Counted from the stretch's first letter, positions 35,691 through 45,984 are shown. The stretch is 64,000 nucleotides of DNA from an uncultured virus (IMG/VR IMGVR_UViG_3300045999_005873) (IMGVR_UViG_3300045999_005873); one strand, 5' to 3'. Numbers and translations are program-made. The notes: a model not told the origin generated them from the sequence alone.

Positions 35691-35992
35691 CGTTTCACTT
35701 CAGCGGTCTTGATAGCCTCGGCAATCCTCCGCACGTCGGGCCTCCACGACTTCCAGTCGTAGGCGTGCGCGACGGAGTAGTGGCAGTCTCGGCACATGGT
35801 CGCGAGGTTGCCGGGATCAAGCTCGAGCGCCGGGTCTGCGTGGTACGGCTGGATGTGATGCACCTCCAGCTCATCGTCGCGCCCGCACGCGATGCACGCC
35901 GGCTCTCTGGAGAGATGCTCCCGCCTCACCCTGGCCCATGCGCCGGAGCGACCGAAGAGGTCGTCGGTTTGTCTTCGCAGCCAGTTGAGCAC
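35687..35992 (-). CDS. HNH endonuclease
   Basis: CIACG..LEVHHI.P...NL.T.C..CH. Confidence 0.85.
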   Translation of the reverse strand: MLNWLRRQTDDLFGRSGAWARVRREHLSREPACIACGRDDELEVHHIQPYHADPALELDPGNLATMCRDCHYSVAHAYDWKSWRPDVRRIAEAIKTAEVKR

Positions 35993-36084
35993 TGCTCATC
36001 TCCATACGGGCAGTTCACGCATCGCATTCCGCAGCACACTCCACGAGATAGCAACTGCTCGCGGGAGAGTGGCTCACCCTTCAC
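35926..36084 (-). CDS. Small Cys-rich protein (DUF5522-like)
   Basis: LSREQLLSRGVCCGMRCVNCPY. Confidence 0.55.
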   Translation of the reverse strand: MKGEPLSREQLLSRGVCCGMRCVNCPYGDEQCSTGCEDKPTTSSVAPAHGPG

Positions 36085-36262
36085 GCCACGCCCTCGTCGC
36101 CTCTTCGCGGGTTTCAAACCATCCCCAGCCATCCACTGGGTAGCTGTATTCCGCACGCTGCGCTGCGAGCAACGTAAACCCCGGCCCGTAGACACCATTC
36201 GGCGCAAACAACAACTCGCCCGAATCTGGGTCGCGCTTGTAGAACCCTGCCTCTTCGCTCAT
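36074..36262 (-). CDS. Small protein associated with tail-fibre genes
   Basis: GFYK...L..APN.V.GP.....YPVDGW.WF..REEA. Confidence 0.7.
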   Translation of the reverse strand: MSEEAGFYKRDPDSGELLFAPNGVYGPGFTLLAAQRAEYSYPVDGWGWFETREEATRAWREG

Positions 36263-37671
36263 GTCGTCACCGTCCATCCCTTGGCGGTGGCAATAGATGG
36301 AGTGCAGGTCGCGGCACCGTAGTTTCCAGCGACCGTGATCGTCTTACCAGAGCCGGACGAAGACAGGTTGGTGAAGATGGCGTTGATCTGTGCCGCAGAG
36401 AGTTTGCAGGACGCAAACGACACCGTCTGGTTGATGCCGGTGCAGGCGACGGATGCAAGCGAAGGACAAAAGGATACAAATCCACTCATGTTAACGGCTG
36501 ATGACACAGCCGGCAGGTTCAGCGCTGGCAAAGAAACCAAAGAAAAATCTTGGTTAAACATCTGGAAAGCATTTACGCACGCCGACATATTGAGTTGCGG
36601 AACCGTCACAAGCCCCGCGCATCCGCTAAACATACGATCCATGCTAGTAGCAGATGCAGTATTGAATAGCGGAATAGCTTGAAGCGATTGGCAGTTTTGG
36701 AACATATTGGACATGTTGGTCACCAGCGCCGTATTGAATAGCGGAATAGCTTGAAGCGATTGGCAGTTTTGAAACATTGAGGCCATGTTGGTCACCAGCG
36801 CCGTATTGAATAGCGGCACGGTCAGAAGGGAATAACAGTTTGCGAACATACTGGAGGCGGTCGTCGCTGCGGCTGTGTTTAATAGCGGCACGGTCAGAAG
36901 GGAGTAGCAGTTTGAGAACATACTGGCGATGTTCGTCGCTGCGGCGGTATTAAACAGCGGCACCGACTGAAGGGAGTAACAGTTGGTGAACATATTAGAG
37001 GTGTTCGTCGCTGCGGCTGTGTTAAAAAGCGGCACGGTCTGAAGGGAGTGACAGCCTTGGAACATGCTTGTCATCGTTGTTACAGAGGCGGTATTAAACA
37101 GCGGCACCGACTGAAGCACATGGCAGTTCTGAAACATACTTGCTGTGGACGTTAGTGCATTTTGCAGCACCGTGGCCTGCTGGAGATACCGGGCGGCCAT
37201 ATTAGCTCCGCCAAATGCCAACGTCGCGATGGCGTTGCCATTGACCACAACATCCAACCAGCCGCTCGAATAGTTTTGGGCTGTTGCGCTGTGTCGGACG
37301 GAGAGATTCACGCTTGTCAAGTTTTGCCCGCTCTGCGGATAAACCTGAATGACCACCTGTCTGTAGCCGAGCATCGATTCGCCAGTGCTGCTGGTCGTCG
37401 CATAGTCGTACTGCTTTTGAGCCGTTGTGCCGGTGGCGTGATTGGTTGTGGTCCCGTCGCCCCAATCGACTGTATACGCACCAGCCGCCGTGAGAGCGAC
37501 GAAGTTCCCGTCCAAATCGATTCGGTACAAGCCAGCAAATCGCTGCTGCCCAGTCACGTCTGGTAGAGATAGCCATTCGGACGGCCGCACCCACGGCGTG
37601 ACGGGCGAAGCCGTGGTCCGCAGGCTGCGGTTGTTGCTCAGTCGCGGGCGAGATGCGGAAGTGACGGTCAC
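36259..37671 (-). CDS. BspA/DUF285-like leucine-rich-repeat protein
   Basis: About 8-9 23-aa repeats MF..C.SL..VPLFNT...T; VDWGDG. Confidence 0.85.
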   Translation of the reverse strand: MTVTSASRPRLSNNRSLRTTASPVTPWVRPSEWLSLPDVTGQQRFAGLYRIDLDGNFVALTAAGAYTVDWGDGTTTNHATGTTAQKQYDYATTSSTGESMLGYRQVVIQVYPQSGQNLTSVNLSVRHSATAQNYSSGWLDVVVNGNAIATLAFGGANMAARYLQQATVLQNALTSTASMFQNCHVLQSVPLFNTASVTTMTSMFQGCHSLQTVPLFNTAAATNTSNMFTNCYSLQSVPLFNTAAATNIASMFSNCYSLLTVPLLNTAAATTASSMFANCYSLLTVPLFNTALVTNMASMFQNCQSLQAIPLFNTALVTNMSNMFQNCQSLQAIPLFNTASATSMDRMFSGCAGLVTVPQLNMSACVNAFQMFNQDFSLVSLPALNLPAVSSAVNMSGFVSFCPSLASVACTGINQTVSFASCKLSAAQINAIFTNLSSSGSGKTITVAGNYGAATCTPSIATAKGWTVTT

Positions 37672-37994
37672 GTTATCTCCACGCCAAACAACGAGAACGA
37701 GAGATTGGCCGTGCCCGCAAAAACCGACACAACATCGGTAGCGGCAAGCGAGATGCCGAGCGTCAAGTAGAAAGAATCGTTCGCGTTCACCGAGGAGTCG
37801 TAGACGATGTAATGCTGATTCGCCAGCGTGGCACCCGCAGGACGAACAGCCACGCGGAACGTCGTTGACACGCCGAGATTGCATACCGACAACGTGGATG
37901 CGATTGCCTGCGTGGAGGACGGGACGGTGTAGAGCGTGGTCAGCGTTGTGGCCGATGGGTTGGACTGCCCCAAAACTTTATGTGTCTGCGGCAT
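37668..37994 (-). CDS. Virion structural protein
   Basis: KVLGQS.P.ATT.TTLYTVP family. Confidence 0.7.
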   Translation of the reverse strand: MPQTHKVLGQSNPSATTLTTLYTVPSSTQAIASTLSVCNLGVSTTFRVAVRPAGATLANQHYIVYDSSVNANDSFYLTLGISLAATDVVSVFAGTANLSFSLFGVEIT

Positions 37995-37995
37995 G

Positions 37996-38355
37996 TCAGC
38001 CTCCCATCAAGAGGAATGGATGAAACAGTGAATTGTGGACGGCGTTGGGGAGAGTGTATTCCGACGAGCCGCCGCCGCCACCACCCGCCACGCCGATCTC
38101 AACGTAGACGCCGTTAGCGAACTGAAAGAGCCGCGAGGTATCCGACGCCAGATAAAGGACGCTGCTCGACCCTGCGGCGGGGAAACTGGCCGTCGAAGCA
38201 AACGTAGCAATCGAAGAAAACGTCGTCACAGCCCCAGCACCATTGCGGTAGAACAGCCGCCCGTCCGCTTGGTTCACGGCGAGGACGCCGTTCCCCAGCG
38301 AACTGGGCGTATTGCCAGCCGTGTTGCTGTACGGATTGCGAACGACGTTTGCCAC
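37996..38355 (-). CDS. Tail fibre-related protein
   Basis: LAVN.ADGRLF; FPA.G....LY.A.D. Confidence 0.7.
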   Translation of the reverse strand: MANVVRNPYSNTAGNTPSSLGNGVLAVNQADGRLFYRNGAGAVTTFSSIATFASTASFPAAGSSSVLYLASDTSRLFQFANGVYVEIGVAGGGGGGSSEYTLPNAVHNSLFHPFLLMGG

Positions 38356-38357
38356 GC

Positions 38358-39071
38358 TCAGAACGTCCCCGAGTCAATTGTGATATTGTCGATGCTGCCA
38401 CCAGTGATGTTCACGTTGCTCGAACTCTGCTGGCTCATCGAGCCAAGGCCAAGATTTGTCCGAGCCGCCGATGCGTCGGAAAGGTTCGACAACGTGCGGT
38501 CTGCCTTCGTGCCGAGCGATGTCGTTATCGTCGCAGAGAACGAGGCGTCGTTGTTCAACGCCGCCGAGATTTCGCTCAGTGTGTTGAGCAGTTCTGGCGC
38601 GCCGTTGACCAACGACGAAACCGCCGCCGACACATAAGCAGTCGTTGCCAACTTGGTAGAGCTATCGCCAGCCGACTGAGTCGTCGCCGTTGTGCCAGAA
38701 GGCAGGCTGGGCGTGCCCGTGAACGTCGGAGACGCCAGCGGCGCATAGGTGCTGCTCGCGCTCGACTGCGTCAGGTAGGTGCTGCTCGCGGACGAGATCG
38801 TCAGGTAGGTCGATGCAGCGTTCGCGGCGGTCAGGTAGTTGGCAAGCTGGCTCGACACGTCAACGGCAGCGACAGCCGAGGTGACATAAGACTTCGTTGC
38901 GTAGGTGCCCGGCCCGCCGATGCAGATGACAGTCGCGGAGCCGCCCGAGCCTTGACCAATAAAAAGGCTCTGATCGACCTCCGACCACGCAAGCTCACTC
39001 TGTGCCAGCGAGGACGGTGCCCCGCTCGCGCCGCCCAATGCCCTTCGACGAATCCTGAGAGTATTTGCCAC
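38358..39071 (-). CDS. Tail fibre protein
   Basis: APLASPTFTGTP, KLATTAYV, APE.LNTL.EI..AL. Confidence 0.8.
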   Translation of the reverse strand: MANTLRIRRRALGGASGAPSSLAQSELAWSEVDQSLFIGQGSGGSATVICIGGPGTYATKSYVTSAVAAVDVSSQLANYLTAANAASTYLTISSASSTYLTQSSASSTYAPLASPTFTGTPSLPSGTTATTQSAGDSSTKLATTAYVSAAVSSLVNGAPELLNTLSEISAALNNDASFSATITTSLGTKADRTLSNLSDASAARTNLGLGSMSQQSSSNVNITGGSIDNITIDSGTF

Positions 39072-39092
39072 GTTGCACCTCCTAGTTGTGCG

Positions 39093-39368
39093 TTACCAAT
39101 TGCCGCCGTCTACGATGTCGGCGTCGGGATAGTTCTTCCATTTGTTCGCTGAGTACCGCAGCACGTCGCCGTCCACCGCACCGCTGATCTGTACGTTGCT
39201 GAGTTGCTCCAGCAGCCCGCCGTCCGTTCCCGCTGGCCCCTGCGGCCCAATGCCGCCGCCTGCCGTGACGCTCACCGACGATGCCCCGACGTTTGCGGAG
39301 ATGCCGCCCGCGTTGCTCACGCTCGCCGTGATCGGCTGCGAGACAACTGTTGCCGTGATCGCGCTCAT
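39093..39368 (-). CDS. Short collagen-like fibre protein
   Basis: GPQGPAG; L.NV...A.DGDVL.Y; DGGNW. Confidence 0.7.
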   Translation of the reverse strand: MSAITATVVSQPITASVSNAGGISANVGASSVSVTAGGGIGPQGPAGTDGGLLEQLSNVQISGAVDGDVLRYSANKWKNYPDADIVDGGNW

Positions 39369-39691
39369 GCGTAGACCTCCACGGTGCCTTGCAGCGCCGT
39401 CCTCTGCACGCTGCCCGGTGCCGTCCAGTCGAGCCGCCAGCCGTAGGTTCCGGCGGGCAGGGCGGCGGTCTGCGTGTCGGTCAGCGAGATGTTGACCTGA
39501 CCGGCCGAGGCGTCAGCCACGCTCGTCGTGAACGGCACGACGGCCGCTCCGGTGACGAGGCTCGTCACGGTCGCCGTGGCGGTGTACCCGACGAGCGAGG
39601 TGCCGTCGAAGTCGATGAGGGCGGCGAAGTCTCCGGCCTTCTTGAAAGCGAGATTCATCGACCCCGGCAGGACTGAGTAGGTGTTGCTCAT
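39365..39691 (-). CDS. Structural protein (BppU-N-like)
   Basis: Paralogous to 45981-46346. Confidence 0.65.
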   Translation of the reverse strand: MSNTYSVLPGSMNLAFKKAGDFAALIDFDGTSLVGYTATATVTSLVTGAAVVPFTTSVADASAGQVNISLTDTQTAALPAGTYGWRLDWTAPGSVQRTALQGTVEVYA

Positions 39692-39815
39692 GTGTTACCC
39701 GAGAGTGTTTTGTATCGCCCGACCAATCACCCACCGCATCGCCGCTTGCCCCGCGCGAGCCGAGAGCAGCAGCGCGGACGCTGCGGCTGTTAGCAGGGCG
39801 GCGAGGTAGATGGAG

Positions 39816-40175
39816 TCACGCACCGGGAACCTCCACCCACGCCAGCGTCGGCTCATCCCAGCGATACAGATTGTCATCGGCTGGCATCGGTGTCGGCGGT
39901 TGCCAGTCATGGCTGGCGTCTAGCGTCCATGAGGGGAATGGCTGCGGCGAGATAAACACGTCCGCATCCGCGTCGTAGCGGTAGCCAATGCCCGCGAATC
40001 GCCCGCGAAACCCGCCACTGTAGCTCGTCTGCCGCCATTTGCCGCCGAACAGCGAGTGGCAGAACGCGACCCCCTTGGCCTCGCTCTCCACGCCGTTGTC
40101 AAGCAGTTCCGCGTTGGCGACAACGATCACCTGCGTGACGACGTTGTTTTCGTCAAGTTGTGCAAAGTGTGCCAT
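39816..40175 (-). CDS. Fibre-associated protein (MAHFA family), copy 1
   Basis: Highly similar to 41492-41842. Confidence 0.8.
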   Translation of the reverse strand: MAHFAQLDENNVVTQVIVVANAELLDNGVESEAKGVAFCHSLFGGKWRQTSYSGGFRGRFAGIGYRYDADADVFISPQPFPSWTLDASHDWQPPTPMPADDNLYRWDEPTLAWVEVPGA

Positions 40176-40177
40176 GA

Positions 40178-41194
40178 TTAAAAAGTGATGCTCCCGGTGG
40201 ACGTGAACACATAGACCGTCTCGCCTGCGACCGTGGAGACGGTTGGCGATCCGGTGGTCGAAGCTGCTGCAACGGGGGCGCGAATGATGACAACGCCCGA
40301 GCCGCCGGAGCCGCCCTGCTGCGGATACGATCCGCCGCCGCCTCCCGAGCCGGTGTTCGTTGCGCCGCTGGTGCCAGCCACGCTATCGGTCGCGCCATTT
40401 CCGCCACCGCCGGAACCCGACCCGCTCGTCGGTGCGCTGCCGCCGCCGCCGCCTGCACGCACTACTGCGGTGCCGGTGATTGTTGAGGAGGCACCACTAC
40501 CACCCGTCGAGCCGCTGGCCGTGGCAATTCCGACACCACCCGCGCCGCCGCCGCCTGCGCCGCCGTAAGTCGTCGCGCCGCCGTTGTTACCCTGCGAAGG
40601 CGAGGTCGCAGGCGTGTTGCCAGCACCACCAGCAGCCGACCCCGCGCCACCACCACCGCCACCAGAGCCTCCCGAGCCGCCAACCACGCCCGCGCTGTCG
40701 CTGCCCGCACCGTAGCCGCCGCCGGCGGACTCTATGCCAGCGAATGAACTGGCACTGCCAGAGGAGCCGATTCCGACCTGCGATGCCGTGAGGGCAGCAC
40801 CACCGCCGCCAACCACGACCGCGTATGCGGTCCCTGCGGTGATGGTTGTCGTGCCAGACCGATACCCGCCAGCACCACCGCCGCCAGAAAAATAACGTCC
40901 GCCGCCACCGCCACCGCCGATCACCAGATAGCTGAGATTCACCGGAGTAGTGAGAGGCGTCCGCTTCCAAGTATTCGCAGCCGTCGCCACCCAGAGGTTG
41001 TCGCCGTCATACGCGATCTCGCCCGCCACGCCCGTCGCCGTCGCAGACGCGGGTACGGCTGACCATGAAAGGCCCGAGCCGCCGCCGGAAGCTGGCGTTA
41101 GTTCCCACACCGATCCGCCCGCGTAGGTGTAGCTTCTTCCGTTTTGCGTGGAGGTCTGGCCCACGGTTGGGTTGCTGGGGAAGTTAAATGGCAT
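40178..41194 (-). CDS. Glycine-rich fibre protein
   Basis: YLVIGGGG...GGSGVVIIR...FT.TGSITF. Confidence 0.85.
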   Translation of the reverse strand: MPFNFPSNPTVGQTSTQNGRSYTYAGGSVWELTPASGGGSGLSWSAVPASATATGVAGEIAYDGDNLWVATAANTWKRTPLTTPVNLSYLVIGGGGGGGRYFSGGGGAGGYRSGTTTITAGTAYAVVVGGGGAALTASQVGIGSSGSASSFAGIESAGGGYGAGSDSAGVVGGSGGSGGGGGGAGSAAGGAGNTPATSPSQGNNGGATTYGGAGGGGAGGVGIATASGSTGGSGASSTITGTAVVRAGGGGGSAPTSGSGSGGGGNGATDSVAGTSGATNTGSGGGGGSYPQQGGSGGSGVVIIRAPVAAASTTGSPTVSTVAGETVYVFTSTGSITF

Positions 41195-41198
41195 GGTG

Positions 41199-41495
41199 TT
41201 AGTTTCCTAGTTCGATGTACACGCCCGACGAATCCCAGCGAAACACGCGAGAGGCATCACGACTTACATACAACACGCCCGCCGACCCCGTGGCGGGGAA
41301 GCCTGCGGTTGTCGCCGCCTCGACGATCTCGGCGGCACCGGAGGCGAGCGTGAACTCTACGATCGTGCCCGCTGAGTTCTTGTAATACAGCTTCCCGCCA
41401 GACGAGTGGTAGTTGAGCGCAAGCTCGCCAAAATCAAGCGACGTTGGTGCAACGCCCTGAACGGCAGTCCGCTTCAGCCTGATAATGTCGCTCAT
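41199..41495 (-). CDS. Tail fibre-related protein
   Basis: IRLKR....PT.L..GELALN. Confidence 0.7.
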   Translation of the reverse strand: MSDIIRLKRTAVQGVAPTSLDFGELALNYHSSGGKLYYKNSAGTIVEFTLASGAAEIVEAATTAGFPATGSAGVLYVSRDASRVFRWDSSGVYIELGN

Positions 41496-41842
41496 CGGCT
41501 AACCCACGACTGTGTTTCTTCGTTCCATCCGTAGCTGCCGCCATCGGTCGGCATTGCGACAGGGGGTTGCCAGTCGTGGTTCGCGTCCAGCGACCACGAA
41601 GGGTACGGCCTCGGCGTTACAAACACGTCCGCCTGCTGGTCGTACTTGTAGCCGACTCCCGCGAACTGCTTCCGCATACTTCCGTTATAGCTGGTCTGCA
41701 CCCAATCCCCGTCGATCAGAGACTTGCAGAAAGCAATCCCCTTGGCCTCGATTTCGACGCCGTCTTCGAGGAGTTCGCTGTTATTAACAACGATGACCTG
41801 AGTCACGACGTTGTCTTCGTTGATTTGCGCGAAGTGTGCCAT
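41492..41842 (-). CDS. Fibre-associated protein (MAHFA family), copy 2
   Basis: Paralog of 39816-40175. Confidence 0.8.
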   Translation of the reverse strand: MAHFAQINEDNVVTQVIVVNNSELLEDGVEIEAKGIAFCKSLIDGDWVQTSYNGSMRKQFAGVGYKYDQQADVFVTPRPYPSWSLDANHDWQPPVAMPTDGGSYGWNEETQSWVSR

Positions 41843-41844
41843 GC

Positions 41845-43128
41845 TTAGAACGTGATGCTCCCGCTGCCCGTGAACTTGTAGAAGTTGTATCCACCGGACT
41901 GCGTCACGGTCGGCGAGCCTGTCGTGGACGCTGCGGTGGCTGTTGTGCGGATGATGACAACGCCAGAGCCGCCGCCGGCGCTGGGCACGCTGAAGTGCGG
42001 CGTGGCCGAGCCGCTGCCGCCGCCGCCCGTGTTCGCCGAACCGGGCTGGCCCGTGGCCGCGCCCGCCGCGCCTCCACCGCCGCCCGAACCGCCGGCTCCG
42101 TCAGTTCCTCCACCGCCGCCGCCCGCGTAGGTAACACCGTCGAGCCACGCGAGGCCGCTGCCGCCGTTGCCGCCAGCAGCGCCACTGCCGCCGGCAGCGC
42201 CAGCGCCGCCGCCGCCGCCGCCCCTGCCCCCAGAACCTCCTGCCAGTGCATAGGTGCCTTCGCCGCCGCTATTGCCTTGGTTCGCCGTGCCGAGCCCGCC
42301 AAACGCAGTGTTGACCGGGTCGGAAAACGAGTTCGGACTGCGACCGCCGCCGCCGCCCGATCCGCCGCTTCCTCCAGCTTGGCGCAGGCCGGATGAGTCC
42401 CAATTATCGCTGTCACCGCCGGAACCGCCGCCAACGGCCGACAGAGAGCCGAGAGACGAGGCGTTCCCCGAGTTGCCGCGGCCAAAAGTTCCGGTGGCCC
42501 CAGCCGCGCCCGCGCCGACCGTGACCGTGGTTGTCGAGCCAACTCCAAAGGTTGTCGTGCCGGTCAGCATACCACCCGCACCGCCGCCGCCGCTCCAGTC
42601 CCTTGACCCGCTGCCACCTCCCGCGACAACGAGGTAGTCCACGACCGCCACGGCTGGCACGGTAAGCGTTGCGGCGTTGCTCGTCACGCTCTCGGCACCG
42701 CCCGTCGCGGTAAGAACGACGCGATACTTGTCGCCGTTGTTCGATTGCGTCGTGAGGTTCGTGAGGCTGAGACTCGCCGAATTTGTGCCGACATTCGCCC
42801 ACGACCCTGCACCGCCAGCCTGCCGCTGCCACTGGTACGCCAGCGTGGCGTTCTCGGTCACAGACGCCGTGACAGTGAACGTCGCCCCGTTCACGCCAGC
42901 CGTCTGATTCGACGGCTGCGACGAGATTGTGATGGTCGCGATGTTGGCGTAGACGCCGCCGTCGATTGTGCCACCGCCGAGCGACACAGACTGAATTGAG
43001 CCGTCAGCAGACTTCACAAACAGCACGCCGTCCGCATAGTTGATCGCACACTCATGCGCAGCCAACTCCGCCGCCGTTGGCACGACGCCAGCCGTGTAGC
43101 TTCTCTTTGGTTTCACAGGATTAGGCAT
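41845..43128 (-). CDS. Ig-like plus glycine-rich fibre protein
   Basis: QPSNQT...YQWQ...GDKYRVV Ig domain; Gly-rich C-terminus. Confidence 0.85.
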   Translation of the reverse strand: MPNPVKPKRSYTAGVVPTAAELAAHECAINYADGVLFVKSADGSIQSVSLGGGTIDGGVYANIATITISSQPSNQTAGVNGATFTVTASVTENATLAYQWQRQAGGAGSWANVGTNSASLSLTNLTTQSNNGDKYRVVLTATGGAESVTSNAATLTVPAVAVVDYLVVAGGGSGSRDWSGGGGAGGMLTGTTTFGVGSTTTVTVGAGAAGATGTFGRGNSGNASSLGSLSAVGGGSGGDSDNWDSSGLRQAGGSGGSGGGGGRSPNSFSDPVNTAFGGLGTANQGNSGGEGTYALAGGSGGRGGGGGGAGAAGGSGAAGGNGGSGLAWLDGVTYAGGGGGGTDGAGGSGGGGGAAGAATGQPGSANTGGGGSGSATPHFSVPSAGGGSGVVIIRTTATAASTTGSPTVTQSGGYNFYKFTGSGSITF

Positions 43129-43137
43129 GCGTCACCA

Positions 43138-45984
43138 TTACGACACCGTGAGTGTTGCGGGTTGGCTCGTTACGCTAGACGCATCCTGCGCCGACACGAC
43201 AACGCGGAACTGGTCGCCGTTGTCGGCGGCGTTAGTCAAACTGTTGAGAGCCAGTGTGGAAGATGTCGCACCGGAGACGTTGGCGAATGCGGTGGGCCCA
43301 GAGGGCGTGATCGTTGCTGCAATACTGCTGTTGAAAGCCACTGCGACGAACGTGCCATTACCGTAAGTTCCGCCGTACCAGTTCGCGCTCGCCGGGAGCG
43401 TGCGTTGCGTCCACGTTATGCCGTCTGGGCTAGTGGCTGCGGTTTCTGTGCTTATGCCCACAGCGAGAAACGCGCCGTTCCCGTATGTGACGGCCCACCA
43501 GTAGGCGTTCGCGGGAAGCGTGCGTTGCGTCCACGTTATGCCGTCTGCGCTCGTGGCTGCGACCCTGAGGGCACCCGCCACGGCGACAAACGTACCGCCG
43601 CCGTAGGTGACGCTTCTCCAGTTGTCGCTCCTTGGGAGCGTCCGCTGAGTCCATGTAACTCCGTCTGAACTTGTTGCTGCGATTCCAGTGCCGTCGGTAA
43701 CGGCGACGAACGTGCCGTTTCCGTAAGTGACGCTCGACCAGTTCGCGCTCGCGGGCAGCGTCCGCTGCGTCCAAGTGGTTCCATCTGCGCTTGTGGCTGC
43801 GATACTGCTGTTGTAAGCCACAGCGACGAATGTCCCATTGCCGTAAGTGACGGCGTACCAGTTCGCGCTCGCCGGGAGCGTGCGTTGCGTCCACGTTATG
43901 CCGTCTGGGCTAGTGGCTGCGTTGGTGCCACTGTAATAACCGACAGTGACAAATGTTCCGCCGCCGTATGTAACGGCCCACCAGTTCGGGCCCGCTGGAA
44001 GTGTGCGTTGAGTCCAAGTAATGCCGTCGGTGCTTGTGGCTGCGCCCTGAGCCGCCACTGCGACAAACGTGCCGCCGCCGTAAGTAACGCCTGCCCAGTT
44101 CGCACTCGCCGGCAGCGTCCGCTGAGTCAAAGCAAAACTGCTCGCGTCGCTCTTCTGCCACTGGTACGAAAGAGTGCCGGCGGGTTCTGCAACCGCAGTC
44201 ACGGCGAGGCTCGCTGAACCGCTGCTGGCAGTCTGGTTCGTCGGCGGAGACGTTATCGTGATCGACCGCGATAGCCCGCTTGTGCCGTAGTACCACCCCC
44301 CGTCAATCACGTCGTTCGTGCCAATCCCCGTCGATGCGATGGTGATCGTCTGGCCCGAGGCCAAGATGGAGACGTTCGCGCCGGCCGCCAGCTTGACGCC
44401 GCCGAAGAGGTCATTCACAGACGTAACGTAGTTGCCAGCCGCCTGCTTGCCGTCGAGGACTGTCTGTAGCCCAGAGATGTCTGCGGTGGAGAGGCTGATC
44501 GTCCCCGTGCGGCCCGCCACGCTCTGCACCGGTGCCGCCGCTGCGGCCGCCGCTGCGAAGTCGCTGATGGTCGATGCCGTCTGCGTGCCTGTGTGATTGG
44601 ATCTTGCGGTCGCGTCCACGTTTGGAACATTGCCAAGCCCAACGTCAGACTTCGTGAGCGTCACCGTCCCCGTCCTGCCAGCAACGCTGGCGACGGGCGC
44701 TGCGGCTGCGGCGCGGACGTTGGTGAAATACAGATTCGTCGCGCCTTCTGGCACGGCGTCGGTCGAGCCGGGAGAGGCAGCAATCTCGACGTAGCCAACG
44801 GAACCGCCGCTCCAGCGATACACCTTGCGAGTGTCGACGGCAACATACAGCTTCCCAGACTCGCCGGGTGAGGGCAGCGTCCCAAAAGACGCGGCCTCGA
44901 CAACGTCATCGACGAACCCCGGCAGTTGGCTGCTGGGTACGGTGCCGCCCACGAGCGTGGCGTAGTTGCCCGCAGCCTGCTTGGCATTGAGCGCGGTCTC
45001 CAGCCCCGTCACGTCGGTTATGAGGTGCTGATGGGAAACCGGAACAAAAGTGCTCGGCACCCCCGTCAGGGAGCTGTAGTCAATCGTCGGCACGGCGTGA
45101 ATGTGATCGGCCCGCGCCGCCTTGAGGGCCGACCCCGCAGAGGCAACTCCGAGTGGCTGCGGCGTCTCGTCCGCGAGATTCGACGTGCCGTCTGAGCCCC
45201 TGGGAATCGTGAAGTTCAACGTGACGGTCGAGCCGTTTGCGACAGCCTGCACGGCGGCAGGAGTCCCTGGGCTGCCGGTGGTGACTGTGCCAACGCTCAC
45301 CGTCGCCAGACCGCCCGCGGGGCCGGTGGGGCCGCTCGGCCCCTGGGGGATTACGAATGAGATTTGCTGCGACGGGGCGCTTCCGGTGATCGACACGGCC
45401 GCGGTCGCGCCGGTCGTCACGCTCCCGACTTCCAGTGAATTGGCGGGGCCGGCGGGGCCGCTCGGGCCTGCTGGGATCACGAAGGAAATCTGCTGCGACG
45501 GGGCGCTCCCGGTGATCGACACGGCCGCGGTCGCGCCGGTCGTTACGCTCCCAACCGTCAGAGAGTTGGCGGGGCCTGCTGCGCCCACTGCGCCCTGCGG
45601 GCCGGCGTTGCCCTGCGGGAGCACGAGACTGAGCGTTTGCGATGGCGAGGTGCCCGTGATCGTCGCGCTCGCCGCGGTGCCCGTCGAGACCGTCCCAATC
45701 GACAGCGAGTTGCCAGGGCCGGCTGGGCCAGCCTGACCCTGCAAGCCCGTCAAACCGCGAGGCAGCGAGAAATTGAACTTGGCGGCGAAGGCTGATCCGA
45801 CGTTGGTGACGGTGGCCGTCTGGGTCGCGTCGATCGTCGTGACAGTCCCGGCCTCGATGGTCGCCGCCGTGCCGCTGCCGCCGCCGCCCGTGCTGCTGCC
45901 AACGGTGACGTTGACCGTGTCGCCGTTGCCCACGACGCTGCTGATGCTCGTCGAGCCGACGACAACGACGCTGATTTCACTCAT
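43138..45984 (-). CDS. Large fibre protein: collagen-like, Ig-like, 40-aa propeller repeats
   Basis: GxxGPAG repeats; about 7 repeats ATS.DG.TWTQRTLP..ANW..VTYG.GTFVAV. Confidence 0.85.
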   Translation of the reverse strand: MSEISVVVVGSTSISSVVGNGDTVNVTVGSSTGGGGSGTAATIEAGTVTTIDATQTATVTNVGSAFAAKFNFSLPRGLTGLQGQAGPAGPGNSLSIGTVSTGTAASATITGTSPSQTLSLVLPQGNAGPQGAVGAAGPANSLTVGSVTTGATAAVSITGSAPSQQISFVIPAGPSGPAGPANSLEVGSVTTGATAAVSITGSAPSQQISFVIPQGPSGPTGPAGGLATVSVGTVTTGSPGTPAAVQAVANGSTVTLNFTIPRGSDGTSNLADETPQPLGVASAGSALKAARADHIHAVPTIDYSSLTGVPSTFVPVSHQHLITDVTGLETALNAKQAAGNYATLVGGTVPSSQLPGFVDDVVEAASFGTLPSPGESGKLYVAVDTRKVYRWSGGSVGYVEIAASPGSTDAVPEGATNLYFTNVRAAAAAPVASVAGRTGTVTLTKSDVGLGNVPNVDATARSNHTGTQTASTISDFAAAAAAAAPVQSVAGRTGTISLSTADISGLQTVLDGKQAAGNYVTSVNDLFGGVKLAAGANVSILASGQTITIASTGIGTNDVIDGGWYYGTSGLSRSITITSPPTNQTASSGSASLAVTAVAEPAGTLSYQWQKSDASSFALTQRTLPASANWAGVTYGGGTFVAVAAQGAATSTDGITWTQRTLPAGPNWWAVTYGGGTFVTVGYYSGTNAATSPDGITWTQRTLPASANWYAVTYGNGTFVAVAYNSSIAATSADGTTWTQRTLPASANWSSVTYGNGTFVAVTDGTGIAATSSDGVTWTQRTLPRSDNWRSVTYGGGTFVAVAGALRVAATSADGITWTQRTLPANAYWWAVTYGNGAFLAVGISTETAATSPDGITWTQRTLPASANWYGGTYGNGTFVAVAFNSSIAATITPSGPTAFANVSGATSSTLALNSLTNAADNGDQFRVVVSAQDASSVTSQPATLTVS

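Noticed and set aside
36259..45984. Diversity-generating retroelement acting on fibre genes
   Set aside because: No reverse transcriptase in the window; repeats are in-frame coding repeats without adenine-specific mismatches
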